A stretch of DNA of 64,000 nucleotides from assembly GCA_043228905.1 (NCBI GenBank), contig JBHGNT010000017.1, forward strand, positions 1,736,001 to 1,800,000. Reading direction: 5' to 3'. This DNA comes from Azolla caroliniana. Taxonomy: Eukaryota; Plantae; Polypodiophyta. Both the position numbers and the translations under genes were made by a program. Positions 32,100-45,100 of this stretch are shown piece by piece (position 1 is the first letter of the stretch; the number at the start of each line of letters is the position of its first letter). Below the pieces are notes generated by a model. The model was not told the origin of the DNA, searched no databases, and worked only from the letters and a program-made list of their open reading frames with translations.

Positions 32100-35000
32100 T
32101 GTAAAGAATCAGATATGATTCTTGTGAAGCGGAAGAGATGTGAGTTATGTGTGTGTATGAGAGAGAGTGAGAGTGAGTGAGAGAGACAAGGAGTAAGACA
32201 TAGAGAATACGCAAGGTAAAAGTATATTAACAAAGGAGAAAGACTTAACTCAATACAAGGTGGGAGGAGGGTGCTTTATATAGTCACCCTCTCTCTTCAT
32301 TAACTACAAGACTCATGGGCATGGGGAATGTGAAAGCTCATAAGTTATGTGTCATAGAATATGATTCTATGACTCATACTAAATGTTAGAATACAAAGAG
32401 GTGACATAATGGTGACTCTTGACCGTTGGAGTGTCTATTCACTCTTAAGCTGAGTTCACATACTAGACCAAGTTGAGCTTGATTCTCAACACGCCCCCTC
32501 AAGCTCAAGTCGGGTCAGTTTCAGACGGTATCTGAAATCCGCTTCGACTCGCATTTCGGATTCCGCGTCGACTCGCATTTATGCGGAGTTGCGGAATTCG
32601 TGCTCCAGCTTGCGTTGTGCGTAGTTGCGAAATCCATGCTCCAGCTTGCGTTGTGCGTAGTTGCGAAGTCTGTGCTTCGGCTTGCGTCTTTCTTCGTGGC
32701 TTCATTGCGCGGTTGCGTAATCCACCCGTTATTGCGTAGTGTGCGCGGTTTGCAGAATCCATGTGTTATTGCGTAATGTCTTCAGTACTCCCCCTCAAGC
32801 TTGGCAGGTCAGGGATCGTCAATCCGAGATCGGTCATGAATTGCCACAGCTTGTCGGCTCCTAAGGCTTTAGTGAAGATGTCGGCTGTTTAAAGATTTGT
32901 GCTAATGTGTTGTAGGTCGACATCGCCAGCTGGAACGCGCTGTCGGATGAAGTGATAGTGCACTTCGATGTGCTTTGTCCGCGCATGGAACACCGGGTTC
33001 TGAGCCAGATAGATACTGCTCATGTTGTCGCAGTAAAGGGAAGGCGGATCCTTGATGGGTACACCAAGACCCTTCAAAATCCTCTTGAGCCATATGGCTT
33101 CACATGCAGCTACGGCTATGCCCCTATATTCCGCCTCCGTACTCGAAAAAGCGACGGTAGGCTGCTTCTTGCTACTCCAAGATATTGCTCCGCTGCTGAG
33201 GGAGAAAACAAATCCGGAGGTTGATCTTCTATCGGCTTTGTAGCTGGCCCAATCGGTGTCTGTGTACCCCTTGAGTCGTATTGGCATCGCAGTCTTGTAG
33301 AGGATGCCGCAATCCATTGTGCCGCTCACGTATCGTAGAACTCGCTTCGCGCAATCCAAGTGAGTATCATGTGGTGTTTGCATGAATTGGCTAAAGAGAC
33401 CGACCGGATAACTGAGATCGGGTCGTGTGATCGTGAGGTAGATGAGACTCCCGATGAATTGCCGATACTGGGTAGGCTCACACGCTTTGGTGCCGGAGTT
33501 CACATCGAGTTTGAGATTGCGATCGAGCGGGGTTGTCGCGGATTTGCACTTAGCCATACCAAACTTGTATAACAAGTTGAGGATATAGTGCCGTTGAGAG
33601 ATCATGATTCTGGCCGGAGTCCGAATTACCTCGATGCCGAGGAAGTAGTGGAGTTCCTTCATGTCCGTCATCTCGAACTTGTCGGAAAGGAGGGATTTGA
33701 CCTTATTGATTTCGACGAGAAGCTCACCTCCAATGACTAGGTCATCCACATATAAGATGATGACGATCGGACTTGCGGAATCGCTTCGTATGTAGAGGGA
33801 GTTGTTCGATTTTGACATACGGAAGCCGATTTGATGAAGATATTGCGTTATCTTCGAATGCCAAGCACGCGGTGCTTGCTTGAGGCCGTAGAGTGGCTTG
33901 TTGAGTCGGCATACAACTTTCGGATGGGTGCTCGAGTTGAAGCCGGGTGGTTGTATCATGCATACCTCCGCTTCTAAGTCGTCTTGTAGAAAGGCGTTCT
34001 TGACGTCCATTTGATGGAGGTGCCACGCTTTCGCCGCGGCAAGTGCAATTACGGTCCGTACAGTCATCATCTTTGCCACCAGGGCAAAGGTCTCCTCGTA
34101 GTCAACTCCGTGCGTTTGGGCATAGCCTTTCGCTACGAGTCACACTTTGTAGCGCTTGACGGAACCGTCGATGTTGTACTTCACTTTGTAAATCCATCTG
34201 CATCCGATCGCCTTTTTGTGTGGTGAGGTGGGAACGAGATCCCACGTATGGTTCTTGCGTAGTGCCTGCATCTCCTCATTCATGGCTTCGATCCATCACG
34301 GATCCTTGGTTGCTTCGGAAAATGTTTCCGACTCGCGTACTGTCGCCACCTTCATCATAAAGGCATAGTGATATGCTATGTAGTCGTTGTAGCCGAATCG
34401 GCTGACCGGATTCTTTTCACGGGTGGAGCAACGGAGCTTTTCATTTGCAGAGATGAGGGCTTTCTTAGCTCCGATTGGTACATCGAGCCGCCGAACTCAC
34501 TGTCGAGTGAGTGAGTCGACTCATCATCGTCGAAGTGATCGTCTGCGTATTCCGCCATTTTCGCCTTGCCTTTGTCCATCTTCGGGCTAGGCCGTGATGT
34601 GCTTTGATCGCTCAAAGGCTCTTGTGGTCCGCTCAATCCGGTCGTGATCGGATTGTCTTCGAACATGTGCGTAGGGAGATCTTCATCCTCTATCTCTTGT
34701 TCGGCAAATTCCGGGTCGAGCTGAGTCAGAGTTGAAGTTGTCTCTGGTGTGTACCAGGATGCGGACTCGTTGAAAACGACGTCTCGACTTACTCGAGATT
34801 TTTGAGTTGAGGGGTTGTAGCACTTGTACCCCTTTTGCTCCAATGAGTATCCTACGAGGATACATTTCTCCGACTTCGGATCAAGCTTTTGACGCTTCTC
34901 GTCGGGGATGTGCACGTACGCTATCGCGCCGAATATCCAGATGTGCGATAAGTCCAACTTCTTTCCAAAGTATTTTTCGTGCGGAGTGACCTCGTGCACG

Positions 35001-37386
35001 CCGGATGTTGTGCACCGGTTCATTAGGTAGACGGTTGTATTTGCAGCTTCGGCCCAATAAGACTTGGGCATATGCTTCTCGTTCAACATGGCCTGCGCTA
35101 CTTCGAGGATGTGCCGATTTTTGCGCTCGGCTACTCCGTTTTGTTGCGGAGTGTGTCGGCAAGTGAATTCTCGCCGAATTCCTTCCTTTCGGAGATACGC
35201 CGTGAAATCGTTCGAGAAGTGCTCCTTGCTGCCATTCGATCGAAGACAACGTACATGTCGGCCCATGACATTCTCGACTTCATTCTTGAATGTTTGGAAG
35301 TGTCCGAACACTTCGCTCTTCTGCCGCATCGGGTAGATCCAAGTGTGCCTGGAGAAGTCGTCGATGAATAGCACGTAATATCGGCATCTGCCGAATGTAG
35401 CCGTTTGCGTCGGTCCCCATACGTTGGAATGGACTACGTCAAGTAGACCTTTGCTCACATTCCGCTCTTTCGGGAATGGGTGTCGGTGTTGCTTGCCGAA
35501 TTGGCACGCTTCGCATACACCTTCAATCTCCTTCTCTTTGAATGTCGGGAGTCCGATGACGAGTCCTTTCGATTTCATTGCTTTAAGTTTGTTGAGATTG
35601 ATGTGGCCGATTCGCTTGTGCCACAGCTCTATGTCGGAGTCGGCTTTTATGCCCTTTGCGAACATGGCCGATTTCATCTTGTATGAGTCGAGAATGAACA
35701 GTCGGCCCTCTCTTCGTCCGCGTGCGATGAGTCGGCCCTCTTTTTCGATGAAGCAACCGCCTTGATTAAATCGAACTTGCATCCCTTGCTCTACAATTTG
35801 GCCGACGGAGACCAAATTCTTCGTAATGGTCGATACATGCAAGACATTTTTAATGTAATTTTGCTTACCTTCTTTTCCGAAGGGAACATTGCCGATGTGC
35901 CGAATTGGGTGCGTAGTGTCGTCTCCGGTTTGGACATAGCTGGGTCAGTCCGGCTCTCGAAGTTCTCAGAACCATTCTTGATGCGATGTCATATGGTTCA
36001 AGGCACTGGAATCGACAAACCATACGTCTTCCGGACCGGAGGCACTAGTTGAGGTAGCGGCCGACATAGAGTTTGCTCTATGTTTCATCATGAACATTCC
36101 GCCACGGTCGGAGTTGTGTGCATACATTCTGCTACGATCTTCGTAGTCGGATTTGTGCTCGTACATTCCGCCACGGTCGAAGTTGTGTGCATACATTCCG
36201 CCACGATATTCGTAGTCGGAGTTGTGCCCGTGCATTTCGCTATACTCTTCGTAGTCGGATTTGTGCGCGTAATTCGTGAGTTGTCGGCTTGTGGAAGCCG
36301 ATTCGCGCATATTCTTTCGCCACTCTTCTTCGTGGTGGCCGAGCTTTCCGCAATATCCGCATGCGGTTGCGTTTTGACGGCTCGAACCGAAGTGGAAGCT
36401 CCCCCTTCTTGCAAAGGTTCCTCGTTGGCTTTCGTTTTGCGACCGAAATTGGGAGTTGTTGTCGTAGGTCAGACCTCGTTCGCCTTGTCCTTGGCCGAAT
36501 CGGCCTCTCGCTTGTCCGCGTCCTCTTCCTCCGTTTGAGTGCGTGTAGAGCATGTGGCCTTCCGACTCATTGCTCCTTGTACGCACTTGGTTTTCTTCGA
36601 CCAATAGCATTGATTGGAGCTCGAAGAAGGAGGAATATTTCTCCCGTGCTAGAACAACGGTTCTCATCGCGCCGAACCGTGGTGCGAGGCCGCCGAGGCA
36701 TATTTAAACCATCTCATTATCATCGATATTTACGCTTATTGAGCCGAGCGAATCGCAAAGCTCCTTGATCTTCGAGGTGTATGTCGTGATGGACATGTCC
36801 CTTTGTTGAATATTGTTCAACTCTTGGCAGAGTTGAAGGTTTCTTGCGGTTGTGTTCGCCGCGAAAATCTTTCGTAGATTTTCCCATGCCTCCTTCAGTG
36901 TCTTGGTTTCGCGAATGTAGCCGAGCATGTGATCGTGAACACATGTTGCCAAGCAATACAGCACGCGGCTTGCGGCTTGCTCCCATGTCGCGTATCCGGG
37001 AGTCGCTTTGGCGGGTCGGTCTTCATGCACTCCTTTGATGTAGCTCCAATAGCCTTGTCCGACAAGGTATTGGTGCATCTTGTACTCCCAAGATGCGAAG
37101 TTGTTTCGATCCAACTTCTCGGTAGGGAGAGCACTCCCCATTTGAGTATTCATTATGTCGATTCTTCTTCTTCTTCTTCTTCTGTCTTCGAATGCGAGCT
37201 ATGTAGCGAAGCTACGATAGCGATGAGCCGATTCTTGGTTGTCGGCGTGGAGCACAACACACGATCACGATGAGGCGAATGGGCTAGATCGAGCTACCAA
37301 ATCACTCTGATACCATGTAAAGAATCGGATATGATTCTTGTGAAGCGGAAAAGATGTGAGTTATGTGTGTGTATGAGAGAGAGAGA

Positions 37387-37438
<52 letters not shown>

Positions 37439-37745
37439 GAGAGGAGTAAGACACAGAGAATACGCAAGGTAAAAGTATATTAAGAAAGGAGAAAAACTTA
37501 ACTCAATACAAGGTGGGAGGAGGGTGCTTTATATAGTCACCCTCTCTCTTCATTAACTACAAGACTCATGGAGCATGGGGAATGTGAAAGCTCATAAGTT
37601 ATGTGTCATAGAATATGATTCTATGACTCATACTAAATGTTAGAATACAAAGAGGTGACATAATGGTGACTCTTGACCATTGGAGTGTCTATTCACTCTC
37701 AAGGTGAGTTCACACACTAGACCAAGTTGAGCTTGATTCTCAACA
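32100..37745 (-). mobile_element. Full-length Ty1/copia 'Copia-A', copy 2 (degenerate ORFs)
   Basis: LTRs at 32100-32491 and 37316-37745, TSD CATAG at 32095-32099 and 37746-37750, PBS near 37304-37315, PPT at 32492-32499. ORF pieces: gag 35966-37153, integrase 34376-35842, RT/RNase H 32889-34079. Confidence 0.96.
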
Positions 37746-39191
37746 CATAGTAATGATGGGTCTCTTTGGTTTTATTGAATTCTCATCTCCTCATTTAAGT
37801 TTGGAAGAGAGTATACCTCAAGAAACATCAATAAAAGGGGGGTGTTTCCCCATAACCTTATCATTTAAATAGTTTGACACCTTGTTTGGATACTACCTGC
37901 AATACCAACATTGAACCAACCATTAATTTGTAGCAATGACAAGGGGGAGAACTTGTAAGTAAACCTTAGGGGGGAGACCTTATCATTACAAATGTAAATG
38001 ACAGATAAATGGAAGTACTTAAATATAATCAACACTCGTCATCAATCAACTTCTCTCGCGCTTCAATGCGTTCTTCCTCTCTATCTAGCCTCCTTTCATT
38101 TCCATTTGGTAGTCAAGTTTGCAACATCAACCTTCCTTTTTTGGCATTGCAACGGCCTTTATCATTACACAAATGTCATTGTTCAAGTCATAAACCATGT
38201 CATATTGGGATTTTGTGAAGTGTCAAGTAATTAGGTTTGATGAAGCATAAACACAATGCCTCTAATTCAATTGTTTGGAGAAGAAGGCATACAATAATAA
38301 AATATAGGGCTATTCTAATTAGGGCATGTCCATTGATAAACAAGTGAATGCTTCTTATCGAGTCCACAAACAAGTGGTGCCAAATTTGAAGTTTCTTTCT
38401 TACTATTTATGGAAAGAAGTGTCTACCTTGTCGGTTCGTCACTTTGAGGCTTAGGTAGAGTAATGCCCTCTCTATGGGGAGTCAAGCAAGACAGTGTCAA
38501 TCACCCTTGAGCTCGTTGATGGGTAGACTAGTTCACTCGTAGAAAGTTGTCTCATCTCAAAATGGACTCGGTAACACAAATTAAATTATAAGATGTCATT
38601 GGCACCAATACTTAACCTGGGTAGCATACACATTTAATTAATGACTCAATCCACACACACATGCATGAAATCATTCGAAATCAACTATTCTATCAATTTA
38701 ACCACTTTGTGAAGCCAACCACTCTCATGCATAAGAGGTTAACTGCAAAAAATTAAAATTTGAGCATTACAATATTAACAAGGTTAAAGGGGTATCGACA
38801 CATGTTTAACCCAAATGTGGAATTTAAATGGGTTCACATGAAACCAATTCTCTCTACAATTTGTTTAGTACATCTCTCACCACAATTGGCATGATTCATT
38901 GATTGTCCCTCTAGTGGTCTTGCAACATAGATAATTTACTTATGATTCACTCCATTCTTGAGTTGGGAGGGAAAAATGTGATATGCCACATGTTGAAAAG
39001 AGCTCAAGGCACTCTAGTGTGGAGCTCAGTGGCAAATTCATGGAAGAAGGGTGACATGAACTTTGGAGTGTAAAAGCTTGCGGAAAGGTTGGTGGGTTGT
39101 ATGGTACTATAATTATTGTTATTGTCTGGTGTTCAAAGAGAGGAAATAAGGTCAATGTAGTAGTTAGAAAGAAAGAAAGAAAGAAAGAAAG

Positions 39192-39229
<38 letters not shown>

Positions 39230-39740
39230 GCATTCTAAGACCAAAATTGGCCCATGAGACAATTGGTTTACAATAAAAATGGGGTATTTACCCATTCATC
39301 GAAAGCAAAAATTAAAATAAAATAAAGTAAAATAGTACTTAAGCTAAAGCGTTCAAGCAAAACAAAAACATGTTCTATAAGGAAATGACTTTATACTAGG
39401 CCTAGTTTCATTTCTATCCAAGTCTCTTGAAAAGAAGTGGGAGGTTAAAGGGTTTCGATGTGGAGGTGGTTTGTGGTCCCAATGTAGAAGATACTGCAAC
39501 CATAACTGTTAGGCGGTGTAGCTCACGTTCCCTTATCTTCTTAATTGTTTCTACTCCACGTCAAGTTTCTTTGAAGCTCGACATCCGAGGACGTTTGGTT
39601 GTTTGTTGCATTTGTACTCCATCAAGAGAGAGGGTGACTGGTGTAACTTTTCCTCTCTAGGAACTCCATTACTATGATCATTCTCAATCTCAAGTTGGTG
39701 AGATGATATCCTAAGTTGTCCAATGGCCACCCTTAGTGCA

Positions 39741-42032
39741 TGTAAAGAATCGATGGTGATTCTTGTGCAGCGGAATAGATGTGCGTTATGCGCGTATATG
39801 TGTGAGAGGAAAAGAGAGGAGAGAAAATAGAATACTCAAGAAGAAGGTGTATATTTCACAAGTAGAATAAGATTTTCAAAATGTAGCATAACAAGGAGTC
39901 ACAACCGACTTAATATGAAGTATGAGGAGGGTGCTTATATATATAGTCATCCTCTCTCTTCATTAACTAACTACAACAACCACTCTCTCTCTTGGGGAAT
40001 GTGAAGACTCATAGTCATGGGGAATATGTAACTCATTTGTTATGTTTCATAGAATATGATTCTATGACACATAGTTAATGTGTAGAGAGTAGTGGTGTGA
40101 CACTTGACTATTGAAAGGTGTGTTCACACGTTGTGTTATGTTGAGCTTGATTCTCAACACGCCCCCTCAAGCTCAACTTGGGTTGGTTCCTTTCGATTGA
40201 TGTCCGCTTCAGTTGGTATCCAGTTCGGACGATCTCCTTCATGTCGAAGTAATTCATTGTTGTCCGTCATCTCGAATTTGTTGGAGAGGAGGGACTTCAC
40301 CTTGTTGATGTCGACTAAATGCTCACCTCCAACCACCAAATCATCCACGTATAGGATGATGAAAATCGAGCTTCTAGAATCGTTTCGTACGTAGAGGGAG
40401 TTGTCAGATTTTGACATTCGAAAGCCGATTCGATGAAGATATTGCATAATCTTCGAATGCCAAGCACGCGGTGCTTGCTTGAGACCGTAGAGTGGCTTCT
40501 TGAGTCAACACACGACTTTCGGATGAGTACGCGATTCGAAGCTAGGTGGTTGTACCATGTATACCTCCTCTTCTAATTCGCCTTGAAGAAAGGCGTTCTT
40601 TACGTCCATCTGATGGAGGTGACACCCTTTTGCCGCTGCGAGTGCAATTACGGTCCGCACCGTTGTCATCTTTGCCATGGGGGCAAATGTCTCTTCATAG
40701 TCGACTCCATGTGTTTGTGCATATCCTTTTGCTACGAGTCGAGCTTTGTAGCGTTTTATGGATCCATCAACGTTATATTTCACCTTGTAGATCAATCTGC
40801 AACCGATCGCCTTCTTGTGCGGTGAGTGGGGAACAAGATCCCATGTTTCGTTCTTGCAAAGTGCCCGCATCTCCTCGTTCATTGCTTCGACCCATCGCGG
40901 GTCCTTCACAGCTTCGGAAAAGGTTTCCAGCTCCCGTATTGTTGCTACCTTCATCATAAAGGCGTAATGGTACGCCATATAATCGTTGTAGTCGAATCAG
41001 CTTACGGGGTTCTTTTCACAGGTGGATCGGCGGAGCTTCTCGTTTCCGGATACTAAGGCTTTCTTCACTCCATTTGTTCGGATGTCAAGGCCATCGAACT
41101 CACTATCGAGGGTGTGAGTTGATTCGTTGTCGTCGAAGTGATCGTATTCATACTCCGGCATTTTCGCCTTCCCTTTGTCCAGCTTCGAACTCGGCCGAGA
41201 TGTGCTTTGATCGCTCGAAGGTTCTTGAGGCCCACTAATCCTTGTTGTAATTGGGCTTTCTTCAAACATGCGCGTGAGCCGATCTTCGGCTTCTATCTCT
41301 ATTTCGGCGTGAGCCGACGAGGTATTGGGTCATCTTGTACTCCCAAGATGAATAATTTCCCCTGTCTAACTTTTCACTAGGGAGCGACCTACCCATTTGT
41401 GTGTTCATGTTGATTGTAGTGTCTTCTCTTCTTTTGCTTTTCTTCCTTCTATCATGTACACATGCTACGTAGCGGCACTATGATAGCCGATAGTCGGATT
41501 TTGTCGTCGGCGTCTCGAACGCACAATCATGTAGTTGGGTGGGCTTAGTGGATTTTCTAAACCACACGCTCTGATACCATGTTAGAATTAGGTGATTAAC
41601 TACGGGTTAATTAGTATCTAATTATGTGATTAGTTGATAAGCGGAAGATTAAGTGATATGTGTGGGTATGTGTGTAAGAGGAAGAGAGAGAGAGAGAGGA
41701 AGTTAACACTTATGAACAACACAAGATGGGGGATGATTAACTCTATATTAAATTAGCATCATCATCATCAACAAATACAAAAATACCTACAATGAGGTAT
41801 ATATACTAGATCTTATGTGCAAGGGTGCACATGTGTGAGGAGAATCTAGGTACAAAGGTGTAAGTCCTATATTAAATGTACTTGGGAGTGGAGGATCTAG
41901 AATATCCCACTTAAGTACAAGGTCCTATTTAAGGCGTTATAGTCAACACTTCTAACTAGATTCTATCTAGGTAACTATGAAGTTACATGGTTGACTAACT
42001 AACTAAACTAAGTTGAGCTTGATCTCTCAACA
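39741..42032 (-). mobile_element. Internally deleted copia element with dissimilar LTRs (unit 2)
   Basis: Paralog of 10985-13244. LTRs at 39741-40159 and 41580-42032, PBS at 41568-41579. Confidence 0.85.
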
Positions 42033-42113
42033 ATATACATATATATATCCCACATACAAAGCCATGTTTTGGTGTGTCCTATAAGTATGGAAAGTAGAAG
42101 CATATAACAAATG

Positions 42114-42148
42114 ATACCTTTATCGGCCATTTGGCTAAGATCAAGTGT
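42114..42148 (+). pseudogene. U2: U2 snRNA 5' stub
   Basis: Same sequence as 13326-13360, with USE and TATA upstream. Confidence 0.88.
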
Positions 42149-42159
42149 TTGGTTACAAC

Positions 42160-45100
42160 TGTAAGGAACAATACTAAGACAGAGAAGGAATTAGTACTAA
42201 ACGAAGGATTAGTACTATGAGAGGTGTAGAACTTCTTTGAGAGAAGGAGGAAGTGAGCGAGACGGAGAGAAAGAGAGAGATCGAGAGAGGGAGAGAGTGA
42301 TGATAAGAAAGATATGTATTATGTGAAGAGAATATACAATGGTGGCTAAAAGGCTTAAGACTGGCGTTGAACCAATTTGGTTCAACATAATGCCTAGTGC
42401 CCTCTTTTATAGTGTTTTCAGGAGTAATCCTGAAGCTTCTAGAATGTTCCAGAGAAATCTAGAATATCATGACACTATCCCCCCTTTAAAACGACGAGTG
42501 TCACGAGTCGTCTTGGATTGAGGACCCGGTTTGTGTGGATATTGACGATGGAAGTCTTCAAGAAGAGCACGAGCATTGGTCAAATTCTCGATCGGTTCCC
42601 AAGTACGTTCGATGGGACTATAGCCTAGCCAATCGACTAGATAGTAGAGCTTGTTGCGAACAATCTTGGAATCAAGGATGGCGGCAACCTCATACTCTAG
42701 CCCATCTTCAAGCTCAATCGGGGGTGGAGGTAGTATAAGACGTCCTGGGATGGTGTTCTCATGATAGGGTTCGAGGAGAGAACTATGAAACACCGGATGT
42801 ATCCAAAGTTGAGGAGGTAGATCGAGACGAAAAGCGATATCATTAATCTTTCCGATAATACGGAAAGGACCTAATCGCCAATAATCCAACTTCTCACATG
42901 GGCGAGTAGTCTTGATGTGTCGTCGTAGTAGCCACACCCGATCTCAAATATTAAAACTGGATGGAAGTCGATGACGATCCGCGTATAGACCTTGTGTGTT
43001 TGTTGAGCTTGCTGGAGATGAGTAGATAAATCCGCTTGTATCTTGCGTAACCGCTCCAAACAATCCTCCACGCACGGATTTGTGGACACCTCTAGGGTTT
43101 CAAGTACACACCACCGGGGGTGACATCCCGTATAAGCATAAAATGGCGTAACTTTAGAGGATGCGTGGATAGAGTTGTTATAGGCAAATTCGGCGATGTG
43201 GAGAATATCTGCCCAATCATCCTGATGATAGCTGAGAAAGCACCGCAGATACTGCTCCAGCGTTTGATTTGTTCGTTCGGCTTGGCCGTCGGTTTGTGGG
43301 TGGTAGACGAAGGAGAGGTTACAAGTGACCTTGAGCATGTTAAAAAGGTGCTTCCAGAATTTTGACACGAACTGGGGTCCACAGTCGCTGATGATACTAT
43401 CGGGAAGTCCATGATGCCGACATACTTCACACATGAATATTTCAGCAGTGTATTCACTGGAGATCTCCTTAGTACATGGCAAGAAATGAGCCATCTTCGT
43501 ATATCGATCGACCACTGTTAGAATCGCATTGAACCCCTTAGAGACTGGAAGATCTGTGATGAAGTCTAGAGCAATGGATTGCCACGGCTTGCTTGGAATT
43601 GGTAATGGTTCTAATAAATCATATGGATGATGCCTTGGCATTTTCGCTCTTCAGCATGTATCACAAGTCCGAAGAAAATCCTCGACAAATTGTCGCATAC
43701 AGGGCCACTAGAATGATCGTTATACTAAATGTAGTGTTTTAGTACTACCAAAATGCCCAATTGTATATGTGTCATGACAGTTTTGTACTACTTGAAGGCG
43801 GCAAGAACCATTAGGAACATACAAAAGTTCTTTAAAGAAGAGTAATCCATCATGGTATTTGAATTACCGATAGTCCGTACCTGGTGGTTGCGGCTGTGAA
43901 CACGACGCTCGAGAGGGATCAATTTGTGCTAGTATAGCTTGGGCGAATGCATCTGTCTTCAAGTCTTCGCGTATGGTATCGATAACGCGGGAATCCATGG
44001 GCATGTCAAAGATCTTTGTTGCTTGTAGTCGTGCCGGTCCCAAGATGACTTGTTTTTGGTTATCGAAAGCTAGCTCGCCGGGACGGGGTGCTAGATACGA
44101 ACGCCGTGATAATGCATCTGCCTTCCCTTGGTGCTTCCCCGGACGATATGTAATTTTGAAGTCGAAACGCGTGAGGAAGTGGGCCCGCCGAGCTTGACGT
44201 CGATTCAACACACGAGCATCCTGAAAGTAGGCAAGGTTCTTGTGGTCACTAAATACAGTGACTGGATGAGAGGATCCCTCCAGATAATGCCTCCATTGCA
44301 TAAAAGAATCCACTATTGCCAATAGCTCCTTATCATGAATTTCGTAGTTGATTTCGGTGGCGTCAAACTTGCGTGAGTGAAAAGCCACAAGATGTAGATT
44401 CTCATCATTCCCATGTTGTGACAGAATGCTCCCCAATGCAAAATCTGATGCGTCAGCTTCGATAATGAATGGTTTTTCCGGATCGACATGAGCTAGAATT
44501 GGAGCCGATGTAAATGCCTTTTTAAGACTCTCGAAAACCAAGTCCGTTTCTTCAGACCAGATGAACGGTTGTCCCTTCCTAGTAAGTTGTGTGAGAGGTA
44601 GAACGATCTTTGAGTAATCTTGTATGAACTTCCGGTAAAAATTGGCAAAGCGTAGGAAGCATTGCACATCCCGCACCGAACGCGGAGTCTGCCATTCTAC
44701 CACTGTTTTGACCTTAGCTGGGTCCATGGAGATGCCTTCTGACGAAATGATGTAGCCGAGAAATTCCACTTGGTTGCACCCGAAACTACATTTATCCAGC
44801 TTTGCATACAGACCATATTCTCGAAGTCGTTTTAGTACTAATAGTACATGAGAATCATGTTCTTCTTGGGTCTTTGAATAAACCAGTAGATCATCCAAAT
44901 AGATGATCAAACAATCATCCAATAGATCTCGGAATATATCATTAGCCATGTGTTGGAAGACTGTCGGAGTGAGGCCGAACGGCATGACCGTATACTCGAA
45001 GTGCCCATATCTGGTGCGAAACACGGTCTTCCATTCGTCTCTTGGTCGGATCCGTACGAGGTTATATGCTCCCCATAAGTCGATCTTCGTGAAGAACCTG

